Positions 1 to 9,800 of a DNA stretch of 64,000 nt are shown here, piece after piece. Below the pieces are notes generated by a model that made no database searches, had not been told where the DNA came from, and saw only the letters and a program-made list of their open reading frames with translations. The position numbers and the translations under genes are program-made. The first letter of the stretch is position 1. Every line of letters begins with the position of its first letter. Origin of the DNA: an uncultured archaeon. Its GTDB lineage: Archaea; Aenigmatarchaeota; Aenigmatarchaeia; QMZP01; QMZT01. The stretch lies in contig CAYUSU010000001.1 of the NCBI GenBank assembly GCA_964447525.1, positions 26,012 to 90,011 on the forward strand, given 5' to 3'.

Positions 1-834
1 AGTCTTGACATTCCAGTCCCTTACATCGGGATTATCGCTCGCCAGCTTGTCCTTGACGATCTTTGCCATGTATTTTCTGGCTTGTTGGGATTCCTTGACG
101 CCTAAATTTTTGGATATCTTTTCGCTTTCGTTATTGATGAAATTCTTCAGTTTTTTTATTTCCTCTGTGAGTTCCTCTTCGGTTATTTCCCCGGTTTTTA
201 ACCGTAGTTGCAGTTCAGCATCCTTTCTCTGTGCAATGTCATTCAGCCGGTCCGTTCCCCTTTTCTCCTCTATCCTTATCTCCGAATGAGCCGTCTGGGC
301 AGCTTCTACCCTTTCCTCTTCATCCATTATTTGCCCCGGGTATCTCCCTTCCCCCAGTTCCCACATGTGCTGGATGAACCAGTCCCTGAGTTTGGAATTT
401 TCGTGCATGATCTCTGAGATGAATTTCCCCTCGTGGTCGCACATGGTGATCTCCAGTTTGGTACCTACATATGTAAGCATCTCTACCCAGAAATGGAGGC
501 ATGAGTGAAATAATGAATATTTGCAGCCGGAATTGACTGCAGAACGGATGGATTTCTGCATGTGATCATAAGCGTCCCTCCAGTCCGACCTTTCGGGAAT
601 GGTAACCGGGACGGTGAGTGAACCGTGAAATAAAAGATCAATACCCTGCTTTTCCGCTATGTATCTTACTTCCTTTCCGTCTGTATAATCTATCTCGTGC
701 GGAACGTCTCCGGAAATTTCTATAACATTCGCCCCTCTGGTGAGACCGTAACCTATCTTTTTCACGATAGTGGCAAGTTCCTCCGCCCTCGCCACGTAAT
801 ACAGTCCCGTGGTCACTCCAACATTCAAAGACAT
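1..834 (-). CDS. hypothetical protein, 3'-truncated by the window edge (>=278 codons). The N-terminal region resembles xylose-isomerase-like TIM-barrel (sugar phosphate isomerase/epimerase) proteins; the C-terminal part is K/E-rich
   Basis: Own minus-strand translation: ATG at 834..832, then no stop down to position 1 (MSLNVGVTTGLYYVARAEELATIVKKIGYGLTRGANVIEISGDVPHEIDYTDGKEVRYIAEKQGIDLLFHGSL...). It is absent from the ORF track because it has no stop inside the window. It abuts the stop (837..835) of the upstream gene, so the two are probably in one operon. Confidence 0.5.
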   Translation of the reverse strand, partial: MSLNVGVTTGLYYVARAEELATIVKKIGYGLTRGANVIEISGDVPHEIDYTDGKEVRYIAEKQGIDLLFHGSLTVPVTIPERSDWRDAYDHMQKSIRSAVNSGCKYSLFHSCLHFWVEMLTYVGTKLEITMCDHEGKFISEIMHENSKLRDWFIQHMWELGEGRYPGQIMDEEERVEAAQTAHSEIRIEEKRGTDRLNDIAQRKDAELQLRLKTGEITEEELTEEIKKLKNFINNESEKISKNLGVKESQQARKYMAKIVKDKLASDNPDVRDWNVKT

Positions 835-2556
835 CTATGGTCCCACACCGCTTAGTCGATAACAGGTTTGTTTGATAAGTTCGTTCAATTCGGCAACCTG
901 CGGACCGAAATAATCTCCGAATGTTTTATTTATTCTTTCCCTAACAGTGTTCTCATAAGGTCCGGGTTTCAAAAAATAATTTCTCATGGGCATGAACATC
1001 CCCTTTAGCCATCCTCCTGTTTTGACGGTTTTCTTTTTGAATTTGAATAATGATTCCAGTCTTTTGACCGATTCCTCTTCCTTTTTGAATTCCTCGTCGA
1101 TACTCTTCAAAAATCTTTTCTCTACCTTGCTCAAACCTATTAATTCTTCGACTTCCCGGTCGAATGCCTTCTCCTTCGCGGCCATTTCCATGTGGAAAAG
1201 AAGCATGACGTTCTTGGACAAGATGAACGGATAAATGTGGAAATACTGGTCCTCCATCACCATGGGACCACTGGAACCTTTCTTATATTGGCACTCGTAA
1301 TCTATGTCCACGAAAGCATAGTAAGCGAACCTCTCGTCGTAACAAGGACCGGGATGCGCTGACAGGATCTCGCCTTTCTTTTTTCTCGCTCCGGTCATCT
1401 GGAGCCCTTTTATGAAATCCCTTACGATTATGTAGTAAGGATTTATCCCTTCTTCCTTCTCCCTTTTATTCTTGTCTGCTTTGTCATGATAAATCCGGAT
1501 TTTGTATTTCTTTTCCAGTGTCTTGCATTTATTCTTCACCCAGTTGTCATATGGATCTAGCTCGTAACCCTGACCCTGTAATATTATGGGCTTAGCCATC
1601 TCTTCCGGCATGATCGGCTTGAACATCCAGAGCTTTGCGTAAACGTAGCCCTGCGGGGTGTTGGCAAAGACAAGAGGATTGGTGAGATTTGCCGAAGGGC
1701 CTGCCCCTCCAAAAGGGCTTACTTCTATCTCCTCCTGCTCCCTTATTTGTTTGTAAAGGGACACTATGGGTTTTAACCATTCCCTGTATTGGTCTATTGA
1801 CTTTTCCCTTGACTGGAGGAGATTGCGGATTCTTGCATATCTTTCTTTCACGTCCGGGAAGAACAGTTTCTTCCATTCCTTGTACAATTCGTTCTTCGTT
1901 CGGAGCACGACGGCTTCCGCTTTCGTGACCTTCATCTCCTTCATTATGTCTTCCGGACTATCGAGATTTGTCAGCATCCTTATGAAGTCTGAAATTATGG
2001 TAGGCCATCTTTTTGCCATGGTTATCATTGAATATCCTTCGCCTGTGTAGGCGTCTACCCTGTCCAAAAAAAGGGAACGAAGCACATGTTCATCGTTTTC
2101 CTGTTCCGCTTTCTTGAAGAAATCCAGAATGTCCCTGTACTTTCTCAGGTCATGTTTGAGAAGTTCATAATCAGCGACGGCCTGAGCAGCGCTTGCCATT
2201 CCTGATTTTATTTTGCCTTCCATCCTTTCTTTTTGTGACATTAAGGGAACGAATGCCGGCGGTGCGGCAGGCGTGACCGCGATGAATTCATCTGCTTTGT
2301 AAACGTTCCAGTGCCACTTCGCTGAACGATAAAGCCATACATTATAAATTATCTCGGACTGCCCTTCCAGCGTGACTGGGTTCAGTGTGGTTCTCTGATC
2401 GATTAGTGCAGGCGAAACCACAGCTTCCCCGAGCAGACCCTTTTTATCTCTCGCTTCGCTCAGAATTTCATCAACAAGCATTCCGGATGGAACTTCTATT
2501 TCCTTTTCCTTCTTCATTAGTCCGAGATCAATTGCGATATCATTAATTATTCCCAT
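835..2556 (-). CDS. hypothetical protein (573 aa), no recognisable family
   Basis: Long uninterrupted ORF, followed immediately on the same strand by the truncated gene at 834..1. Confidence 0.6.
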   Translation of the reverse strand: MGIINDIAIDLGLMKKEKEIEVPSGMLVDEILSEARDKKGLLGEAVVSPALIDQRTTLNPVTLEGQSEIIYNVWLYRSAKWHWNVYKADEFIAVTPAAPPAFVPLMSQKERMEGKIKSGMASAAQAVADYELLKHDLRKYRDILDFFKKAEQENDEHVLRSLFLDRVDAYTGEGYSMITMAKRWPTIISDFIRMLTNLDSPEDIMKEMKVTKAEAVVLRTKNELYKEWKKLFFPDVKERYARIRNLLQSREKSIDQYREWLKPIVSLYKQIREQEEIEVSPFGGAGPSANLTNPLVFANTPQGYVYAKLWMFKPIMPEEMAKPIILQGQGYELDPYDNWVKNKCKTLEKKYKIRIYHDKADKNKREKEEGINPYYIIVRDFIKGLQMTGARKKKGEILSAHPGPCYDERFAYYAFVDIDYECQYKKGSSGPMVMEDQYFHIYPFILSKNVMLLFHMEMAAKEKAFDREVEELIGLSKVEKRFLKSIDEEFKKEEESVKRLESLFKFKKKTVKTGGWLKGMFMPMRNYFLKPGPYENTVRERINKTFGDYFGPQVAELNELIKQTCYRLSGVGP

Positions 2557-2603
2557 AATAACCTGTTAATAATTAGTGTAAGACAATTAAAATTAATTAC
2601 CCT

Positions 2604-2795
2604 TTATTGTATCATTACGAGGTATATTCCCACTACAAGGAATATAAGGCCCATTATAATGCCGTTAACGGAAAAATTGGGTCCTGACTGTGGATTCTGG
2701 TGCGACTGGATTCCGGGAAAAAACACCGTAAGAAACAGCCCTATCAAAATAAACACGACTCCAATCAGTTTCAATGCAATCCATCCTAAAACCAT
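2604..2795 (-). CDS. small membrane protein with two predicted TM helices (63 aa)
   Basis: Two hydrophobic helices (LIGVVFILIGLFLTVFF and IIMGLIFLVVGIYLV). No known family. Confidence 0.35.
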   Translation of the reverse strand: MVLGWIALKLIGVVFILIGLFLTVFFPGIQSHQNPQSGPNFSVNGIIMGLIFLVVGIYLVMIQ

Positions 2796-2840
2796 ACTAA
2801 TTTATAGTTAACTTAGAGAAAATATAAATAGTGATGAAAT

Positions 2841-3353
2841 ATGCCCGCCTTTGCCCGAACAAAAATGGTTCTACAGGAAGATTGCTATCAGGACAAACCT
2901 GAAAGACCTATTATGAAGTATGTCGGACCGAACGTCATTAAACTCTATTACAAATCTTTTGAACTTTTGAAGGCGATTTTCCAATGTTCCGATGCCGACA
3001 TAGAGGAAGAAAGATTCAATTGGGGTAAGGGTGAAAAGGAGAAGTTCAAAGTCAGATGGTTTGTTCATAAGGATATCGATGCTTATACATACCTTTACAT
3101 AAGGGTTGATGTATCTGGTTCAGGTGACGAAAAGAACGGGAGCGCAAAGATACAGCTTAAACCAGTCATGAGAACTGAATACCCGCAGGATACTATATGG
3201 CAGCGCTCGCTTTTTTATGAGATGATGAGGATGTTCTGGCACAGGGCTTTCTATCATGAGAAAAGGGAAAGAATCGGAGAGGAGTGCAGATCTCTGGTTA
3301 TCCAGTTCCAGCGACAGATGAATGAATTCTTTAAACAATTAAGGGAAATGTGA
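2841..3353 (+). CDS. hypothetical protein, first of a tandem paralogous pair
   Basis: 170 aa. Its N-terminus (QEDCYQDKPERPIMKYVGPN) is alignable with that of the next ORF (QDDCFAPRRTRWVEYAGPD). The two genes overlap by 4 nt (ATGA). Confidence 0.5.
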   Translation: MPAFARTKMVLQEDCYQDKPERPIMKYVGPNVIKLYYKSFELLKAIFQCSDADIEEERFNWGKGEKEKFKVRWFVHKDIDAYTYLYIRVDVSGSGDEKNGSAKIQLKPVMRTEYPQDTIWQRSLFYEMMRMFWHRAFYHEKRERIGEECRSLVIQFQRQMNEFFKQLREM

Positions 3354-3856
3354 CCTGTATGGCTAAGGTAGAGATACAGGATGATTGTTTTGCGCCAAGG
3401 AGAACGAGGTGGGTAGAATATGCTGGACCAGATCCATTCGCTTTCTACCGTGAAGGAAGGAATATACTTCGTCCGGTTTTTGAGATTGGAACTTCCTCCA
3501 CAGGCGAGCCCAGATTCATGTGGGACTGGACAGGTGACCCTGTCCAGTTGTATGTTCACTGGCTTGCCAAGAGGAGTTACAGTGCCTTCACTACAATGTG
3601 GTTCAGTTGCAGGTGCGTCGGTTTCAAGGCTAAATCAAAAAACGAAGGTACATTCCGAATGGAAATAGAACCAACGTTAAGGCACAATATAAAGGGAAGC
3701 AGACTGGTTATATTTTTCTGGTGGATGTACTGGTATCTTTTCTATAACAGAGCCAGGCAGGGTATGCTCGAAAGGTGCAAGGATCAGGCTGAAAGATTCA
3801 TGAACGTAATAAAGACCATGTATCACTTAGGAACTTTCACCGAAGAAACGATATGA
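3350..3856 (+). CDS. hypothetical protein, Trp-rich, paralog of the preceding gene
   Basis: 168 aa, translationally coupled to the previous ORF. Family unknown. Confidence 0.5.
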   Translation: MTCMAKVEIQDDCFAPRRTRWVEYAGPDPFAFYREGRNILRPVFEIGTSSTGEPRFMWDWTGDPVQLYVHWLAKRSYSAFTTMWFSCRCVGFKAKSKNEGTFRMEIEPTLRHNIKGSRLVIFFWWMYWYLFYNRARQGMLERCKDQAERFMNVIKTMYHLGTFTEETI

Positions 3857-3896
3857 TATATTTTGAAGAACAGCTTCTATCAAACAATGTAAGCTG

Positions 3897-5693
3897 TCAG
3901 TTTTTTGTGTAGTAATATTCGCCTGATTCTTTTTGTTCCCCGTCTTTCTGTGAATCAGGTTTGTTTGCCCTTGCCCTTCCGGTTGACGGATCTCTCCTAA
4001 AGGTGACACCGAGACTTTTCAGGAACGAGTTCATTCCTTCTTGGATTTCACACGGAGTCCTTCCAAGACCGACGGAACCCGACTTCCCTTCGAAAACCAT
4101 TATTCTGTCCGAAACAGAGTCGATGACCTGAAGATCATGATCTATAACGAATGCAGAAACTCCATGTTCTTCGATGTGTGAACGAATAATTTTGCAGACA
4201 CTGAGCCGCTGTTCTACATCCAAGAAAGCGGATGGCTCATCCATGAGAATTATGTCATGTTCCTTTCCCAATGAAGTGGCTATGAACACCGCCTGCAGTT
4301 CACCCCCTGAAAGATTCTTCATTTTTTTATCGAGATTTCTCGTTATACCGATAGATTCCAGAAGCCTTTTAAATTCCGAATCCATGCAGGTTTTACCGGA
4401 TTTTTTTTCGAGATAATCCTTCACCATCATTTCATTTTCTTTTTTCTTTATAACCAGTCTTTGCGGTTTGTAAGATATCTTGAGACCTTCCAATGATTTC
4501 CCTTTATCCGGTTCCAGCTCACCGACCATCATCTTTATGAAGGTGGTCTTTCCTATGCTGTTTGGACCAAGTATTCCTATTATTTCACTCCGATAAATTT
4601 CGCCTGCCTCCGTTCGCATTTCGAAACCATCGAATTTTTTAGAGAATTCCGTGAAATCCAGAAATTTCTGGTTTTTAACCGAAAGTTGCGGTCTGTTGCT
4701 GAATGTTATAGGTTTTTCACGGAAGCGAACGTTCTCTTCCTTTATGTAACCTTCCAGATAAGTGTTTATTCCCACCCTCACACCAGCCGGTTTGGAAACG
4801 ACACCGAAAACGCCGGGCTTTCCGTATAGGATGTGAACGTCATCGCTTAGATAATCCAGTATCGCAAGATCATGTTCAACCACCATTATCATGGATTTTT
4901 CGGAAAGAGAACGGATTACCCTTGCGACCAGAAGTCTCTGTTTGACATCGAGATAAGACGATGGTTCGTCGAAAAAATACAGATCGGAGTCCTTGGAAAG
5001 AACGGCGATTATCGCGAGAAGTTGCAGTTCACCACCGGAAAGGTCTGATACGTTTTTATTGAGCATCTTCGTTATCTCAAATTTTTCAGCCAGTTTCAGG
5101 ATCTTGTTTTCGTTGCTGGTTTTCTCCAGCAGTTTTTGAACATTTCCTGACCATGTATTGGGTATCAGGTCTACGTGTTGCGGTTTATATCCAACAGTTA
5201 TTCCACCCTCTTTAAGAGTTTCGAGATATCTTTGCAATTCTGTTCCTTTGAATTTTTCAATGAATGTGTCCCAATTGAACTTCTTTCCAGGTATTCCAGT
5301 ATTTGGTTGGATGTCCCCTGAAAGGACGTTAAGGACCGTCGTTTTCCCGACACCGTTAGGACCGATGAGGCCGACGACCATGTTTTTCCTTGGTATGGGA
5401 AGCCGGAATAACGCAAAACCGTTCCTTCCATATCTGTGGACGGGGTTCTCTTCCAGCTCCTTCGGAAGGTTGACGACGGAAAGCGCGTGGAATCCCATTT
5501 TATCGCATTTCTTTATGCATAAAAGGCACCCTATGCACAGTTCCTCGTTTATTACAGGGAAAACTCCTCCTTCCTCTATGTAGATGCATTCTTCCCCGCT
5601 CCTGTTAACAGGACACGCTTTCTGGCAGTGATATCCACACTTAACGTTCCTGCAGAGTTCCTTGTCGATCACAGCTATCCTTTTTTTCCCCAT
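3897..5693 (-). CDS. abce1: ABCE1 / RNase L inhibitor-type ribosome recycling ATPase
   Basis: N-terminal two [4Fe-4S] ferredoxin Cys clusters (CRNVKCGYHCQKACPV and CIGCLLCIKKCDK) followed by two ABC ATPase domains (GPNGVGKTT and GPNSIGKTT Walker A, LSGGELQ signatures); 598 aa. Confidence 0.9.
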   Translation of the reverse strand: MGKKRIAVIDKELCRNVKCGYHCQKACPVNRSGEECIYIEEGGVFPVINEELCIGCLLCIKKCDKMGFHALSVVNLPKELEENPVHRYGRNGFALFRLPIPRKNMVVGLIGPNGVGKTTVLNVLSGDIQPNTGIPGKKFNWDTFIEKFKGTELQRYLETLKEGGITVGYKPQHVDLIPNTWSGNVQKLLEKTSNENKILKLAEKFEITKMLNKNVSDLSGGELQLLAIIAVLSKDSDLYFFDEPSSYLDVKQRLLVARVIRSLSEKSMIMVVEHDLAILDYLSDDVHILYGKPGVFGVVSKPAGVRVGINTYLEGYIKEENVRFREKPITFSNRPQLSVKNQKFLDFTEFSKKFDGFEMRTEAGEIYRSEIIGILGPNSIGKTTFIKMMVGELEPDKGKSLEGLKISYKPQRLVIKKKENEMMVKDYLEKKSGKTCMDSEFKRLLESIGITRNLDKKMKNLSGGELQAVFIATSLGKEHDIILMDEPSAFLDVEQRLSVCKIIRSHIEEHGVSAFVIDHDLQVIDSVSDRIMVFEGKSGSVGLGRTPCEIQEGMNSFLKSLGVTFRRDPSTGRARANKPDSQKDGEQKESGEYYYTKN

Positions 5694-5705
5694 AATACCG
5701 CCGAA

Positions 5706-6119
5706 TTAATTGTTTTTGAAACGTGTTAATAAATTCTTGTTCGGCCAGAGTTTAAAATCAATGCTTTTCAGAGAAATCCATGAACCAACCATCGCGCCGG
5801 CGGTATCCACCAAAACATCGATGATGTCCATCACCCTGGTGGGAACGAATAACTGGATAGTCTCGCATAACGTTCCTACGAAGAATCCGGCCAGTATAGG
5901 GAGCAATAATATTTTTCTCTTTCCATGCCCGAGATTGATCATCAATCTGCTGAATATGAACGCGTAGACGAGATAAGCGATGAAATGTTCCACATCACCG
6001 CCCCGCATGAAGTCCGTTTCTACCGTAGCGAATGACGGAATGAAAGAGAACCATAACAATACTATAGTTTCTGCCAAAAACAGCGCGAGATAAATATAGA
6101 ATTTGAAGTTCTTCCCCAT
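5706..6119 (-). CDS. VanZ-like family membrane protein
   Basis: Four TM segments and a C-terminal DIIDVLVDTAGAMVGS motif typical of the VanZ-like family. Confidence 0.45.
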   Translation of the reverse strand: MGKNFKFYIYLALFLAETIVLLWFSFIPSFATVETDFMRGGDVEHFIAYLVYAFIFSRLMINLGHGKRKILLLPILAGFFVGTLCETIQLFVPTRVMDIIDVLVDTAGAMVGSWISLKSIDFKLWPNKNLLTRFKNN

Positions 6120-6152
6120 ATCCTTTTCTTGATCGGTGTGGTTAAAAAAAGT

Positions 6153-6890
6153 TTACTTCTTCCCTTTCCTGCGTTTCCTCTTCTTCGCGATCACCAATGA
6201 GATGACCACAATTATAATAATTATTATCACTGCTATGATCATGTAGTCTTCGATATCCTGAGGGTTTGTTATGCTTTCAACAACGTTATTGATATCATCC
6301 ATACCAATTACTGGTATACCTTCGTTTTCTTCTTGGTTATCTCCCTCCGGAATTGCGTTATCCTCCTCTTCGTTACCCTGTGGTATTTCTCCGACCTGAT
6401 CACCAGCGATAACCGCAGGTTCTCCCGGAAGATCTGATCCTTCTCCTACATCGGATGGAGGGCTCGATGTTCCGTCGACCATCGGGCATTCATTCCCGTC
6501 CTGTGAGGTGAAATATATTATCCTCTTTTCGAGGCCCGCATGTATATCGTCCATGCTGATAAAGAAATCGTATTTTCCGAAAAGAATGGCTGGAATGTAT
6601 CTGTAAATTCCGTATTTCTGCCGGTACTGATCGAATACCTGCTCATTCCCCTGAACGTCGAGATCGTATGTTATTACCATCGTGTTGTTGTATATTTGTG
6701 TCATGTTCTGGATGAATTCATCTATGGTCAGGCAGTTGAGACAGTTCTGTTCGGTGAAATGAATAAAGCATACGTCATTCGTCTCTTGTGACATAATTCC
6801 TGGTGCAATTAAAAGAAAAAATAATATTGGAATCATTACCAAAATCCATTTCATACTTAATTTTTTATTTGGTTTGATATTTATCCCCAT
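6153..6890 (-). CDS. secreted, C-terminally membrane-anchored protein. It has a thioredoxin-fold-like N-domain (CLNC) and an acidic E/D/N/G-rich linker
   Basis: Signal peptide (the likely true start is MKWILVM at 6854), a C-x-x-C motif, an acidic low-complexity region, and a C-terminal TM helix plus KKRKRRKGKK tail. It sits directly downstream of the giant VWA gene. Confidence 0.4.
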   Translation of the reverse strand: MGINIKPNKKLSMKWILVMIPILFFLLIAPGIMSQETNDVCFIHFTEQNCLNCLTIDEFIQNMTQIYNNTMVITYDLDVQGNEQVFDQYRQKYGIYRYIPAILFGKYDFFISMDDIHAGLEKRIIYFTSQDGNECPMVDGTSSPPSDVGEGSDLPGEPAVIAGDQVGEIPQGNEEEDNAIPEGDNQEENEGIPVIGMDDINNVVESITNPQDIEDYMIIAVIIIIIIVVISLVIAKKRKRRKGKK

Positions 6891-9800
6891 ATCCTTATCT
6901 CCAGTTCAGAAGGTCCCCATAGCGACGGTATCTGTGATATGTATTCCGAAACGAAGCTGACTTCATGAGTGATTTCCAGATCTATCGGATTGGACTGGTT
7001 CACTGCATCGTATGGATCAACAACGGTTCCTGATCCGTACGTGTCCGGATTTTGATCGTTAATGAAATCCAGCATGTCCATGAGTCTCATGAACGCATCG
7101 TCTATGCTGTCATTCTGCGGGTCAAAAACGTCCGAAGGATAAGGACCAATCTGAACACTGGTTGATCCGTCCGGTGAGTTGTCGCCGTTGTTGTCGTAAT
7201 AAATGGTGACCGTCGATCCTTTAAGTTTATGAAAAACATCGCTGTATCCCTGTAACCCTATCCCGGTTATTCCCAGTGTATATATTACGCGGGAATCCGG
7301 TGATCCTCCCGTCCCGTTTGTCGGGCCGAGACCTGTTCCTATCCGGACAGAATTGTTCCCTCCGGGTGTTAGGAGATTTACCGGTATGTTAATGATGTAT
7401 GGATCTCCTATGTCCTCGTAATTCCCTGAAAAATTCCCGAGCCAGTAAACGTTGGTCCAGTTCTGGTTGGGCGTGTTGGAAGAATTGATCCATAATCTGT
7501 CTGCCCAGTAATATGAAGAATACGCAGTGATCTTTGAATCCAAAATTCTGGTATTGTTCTGTATGAAGAACCATCCTTCCTTGGTGCCAGTGGCATTATC
7601 GGTTATTGTCGCGTTTCCGGTCGAGTTTTCCAGCCTTGTGGATTCATACGTAAGCGTTATCTCTCCGTAACTCAATGGTTCCGAGATTGGAGTGTATTCA
7701 TACGAAATGTAAGAATCCGGGTATAGCGTATTGTTGGTTTCGACATCTCCGGTTATAACGACGGCCTGTGCCTTGAATGCTATTTCCAGAATGTCCTTGG
7801 CTATCTTCTCGTAAATCTCGACAAGCTCGTCTGAATCATCACTGACATAGAAATTAGAACAATTATCACAGCATGCTATATCCCTAAGAGTGTCTGTGTC
7901 GGCACCTGATCCGAATGCGACGGAATATATACTTATGTTGTACTTGTTGTGCGCTTCGCATGCCTTGTCTATCGCTTCCTGAGAAGGTGTGGAGGCTCCG
8001 TCCTGACAGTTATTACAATCCCCTATCCTCGTGTTGGCGTGCCCGTCGCTCATAACTAACATCGCCTTGAAACGGTCGTAAGGGAAGGATTCGTTGCTCT
8101 CCGTAGTTGTTATCATAACGTTCCGGAAAGACCAATAATTATCGCTTCCAGGTCTTTTGCAGCCGCCGTCTATGCTTGTCCCGGCGTCTTCCATAGTTCC
8201 TGCAGTGAACGTGATGTTGTTTCCCCCTTCGTTCAGCCAGAATGTCGGGAGATCGAAAGTTACGTTCTGCCAGATATTCGTCCCATTCCATTCCTGATGC
8301 CTTATCCTGCCAACAAAATAATCGTTCAGATATACGCAGTTATAATAATACGGATCCACGTTGTTTGCCTCGAACACGATTCTCGCTGCTTTCAGTCTGG
8401 AAGTGTTTATTTCCATGTCCATGGTTACGTTTATCATATAATTGGTTGGTGGAGCGTAGTATGACGAATTCGTTAACCCGATAGAGATGTCATCGAATCT
8501 GAAATATCCCCATTCCGAGCTTTCAGTCCCGAGAATTTTCCCACCTATATCAAGATAATAAAGTCCCGGACCTTCGATCCATTGCGTAAGATTCTGGTAG
8601 AAATTACCGGAGAAATCGTCATCCGGATTGTCCCTCGTATCTATCTCTTCGTCCCCGTCAGATCCGTCATCTCCTGTGTCAAGATCACTTCCAAGATAAT
8701 GATAACCCGAAGTTGGTGAATACCATCGTCCCTTTATCCAGACCTGATCAGAACCCTCAAATGGATTATCGTTCCCATCCCATTCGTAGTCCATCGAAAA
8801 ATATACCCAATCCCCTGCCAAAATGCTTGAATAAACATCATCTGTTATGTTGACTTCGATTCCGTACGCCCCGGAGCAATCATAATCGGAGCATCTATTT
8901 CTTGAAGGAGAACCAGTTCTCATGTCCAGTTCCAATTTACCTCCGGTCACAGGAGCGTAATCCACGTTGTCGTCCCATCCGTACGGACCGACACCGTTCT
9001 GAAGATCCCAGTCCCATCCGTCATCTCCTGCCCCCGGACCGAATGTAGTGAATGTCCAGTTCAGTCCGCTGGTGAAATCGATCGGGTACGGTAGGTCGGT
9101 TGCCAGTTCCCACATGTCAATATAGTTCTTGATAAGGAACCCGCCGGGATAATTGATATATGTTTCCTGATTATCGGAAAACTCGGTCACATTTCTGGTA
9201 AGGTTCTGAAGTTCCCACAATGTTATCCTGACGTCCTTGAAGTTCCAGTCGTCATGGCTGCCGCCGATTTCATTGCAGTCAATCGTTGTCCCTGAAGTAA
9301 GGGTTACTGTATTTATTCCCTGATTGAGCCAATCCTGCTTCAAGTCGAATATACAGTCATGATAACCATCGGAATTGTCTTCTGCCGGATAGCACATCCT
9401 GCCAAGGTATCTACCGTTCAGATAAACACAATTTTTGTAATTCTTGTTGCCGGCGTCAATATCCCTTCCGAACACACTGAGCCTCGCCTTTACGATTTTC
9501 TGTTGATCGAAAGTTATGTTAACATTCACATCGGCGGATCTCGGCTTCCCACCATAATCATCGCCAATATCATACCAAGTCGTATTCACTTCTGATGTCA
9601 TGTTGGTTCCGTGTAGTGTTTGTGTTTCCATCACAAGTTTAGTGGCGGATTCAACTCCGCAGGAAACGCATGTCCATCCGCACCATTCGTTTGCGTAATC
9701 GTCTATTCTTGTCCTCAGGGATTCGTTGTCGTCGGTCATATCTCTGAAAGAGCAGACAGGACTCGCTCTTTTTCCGTAACCTATCATACCCACCCTGTTT

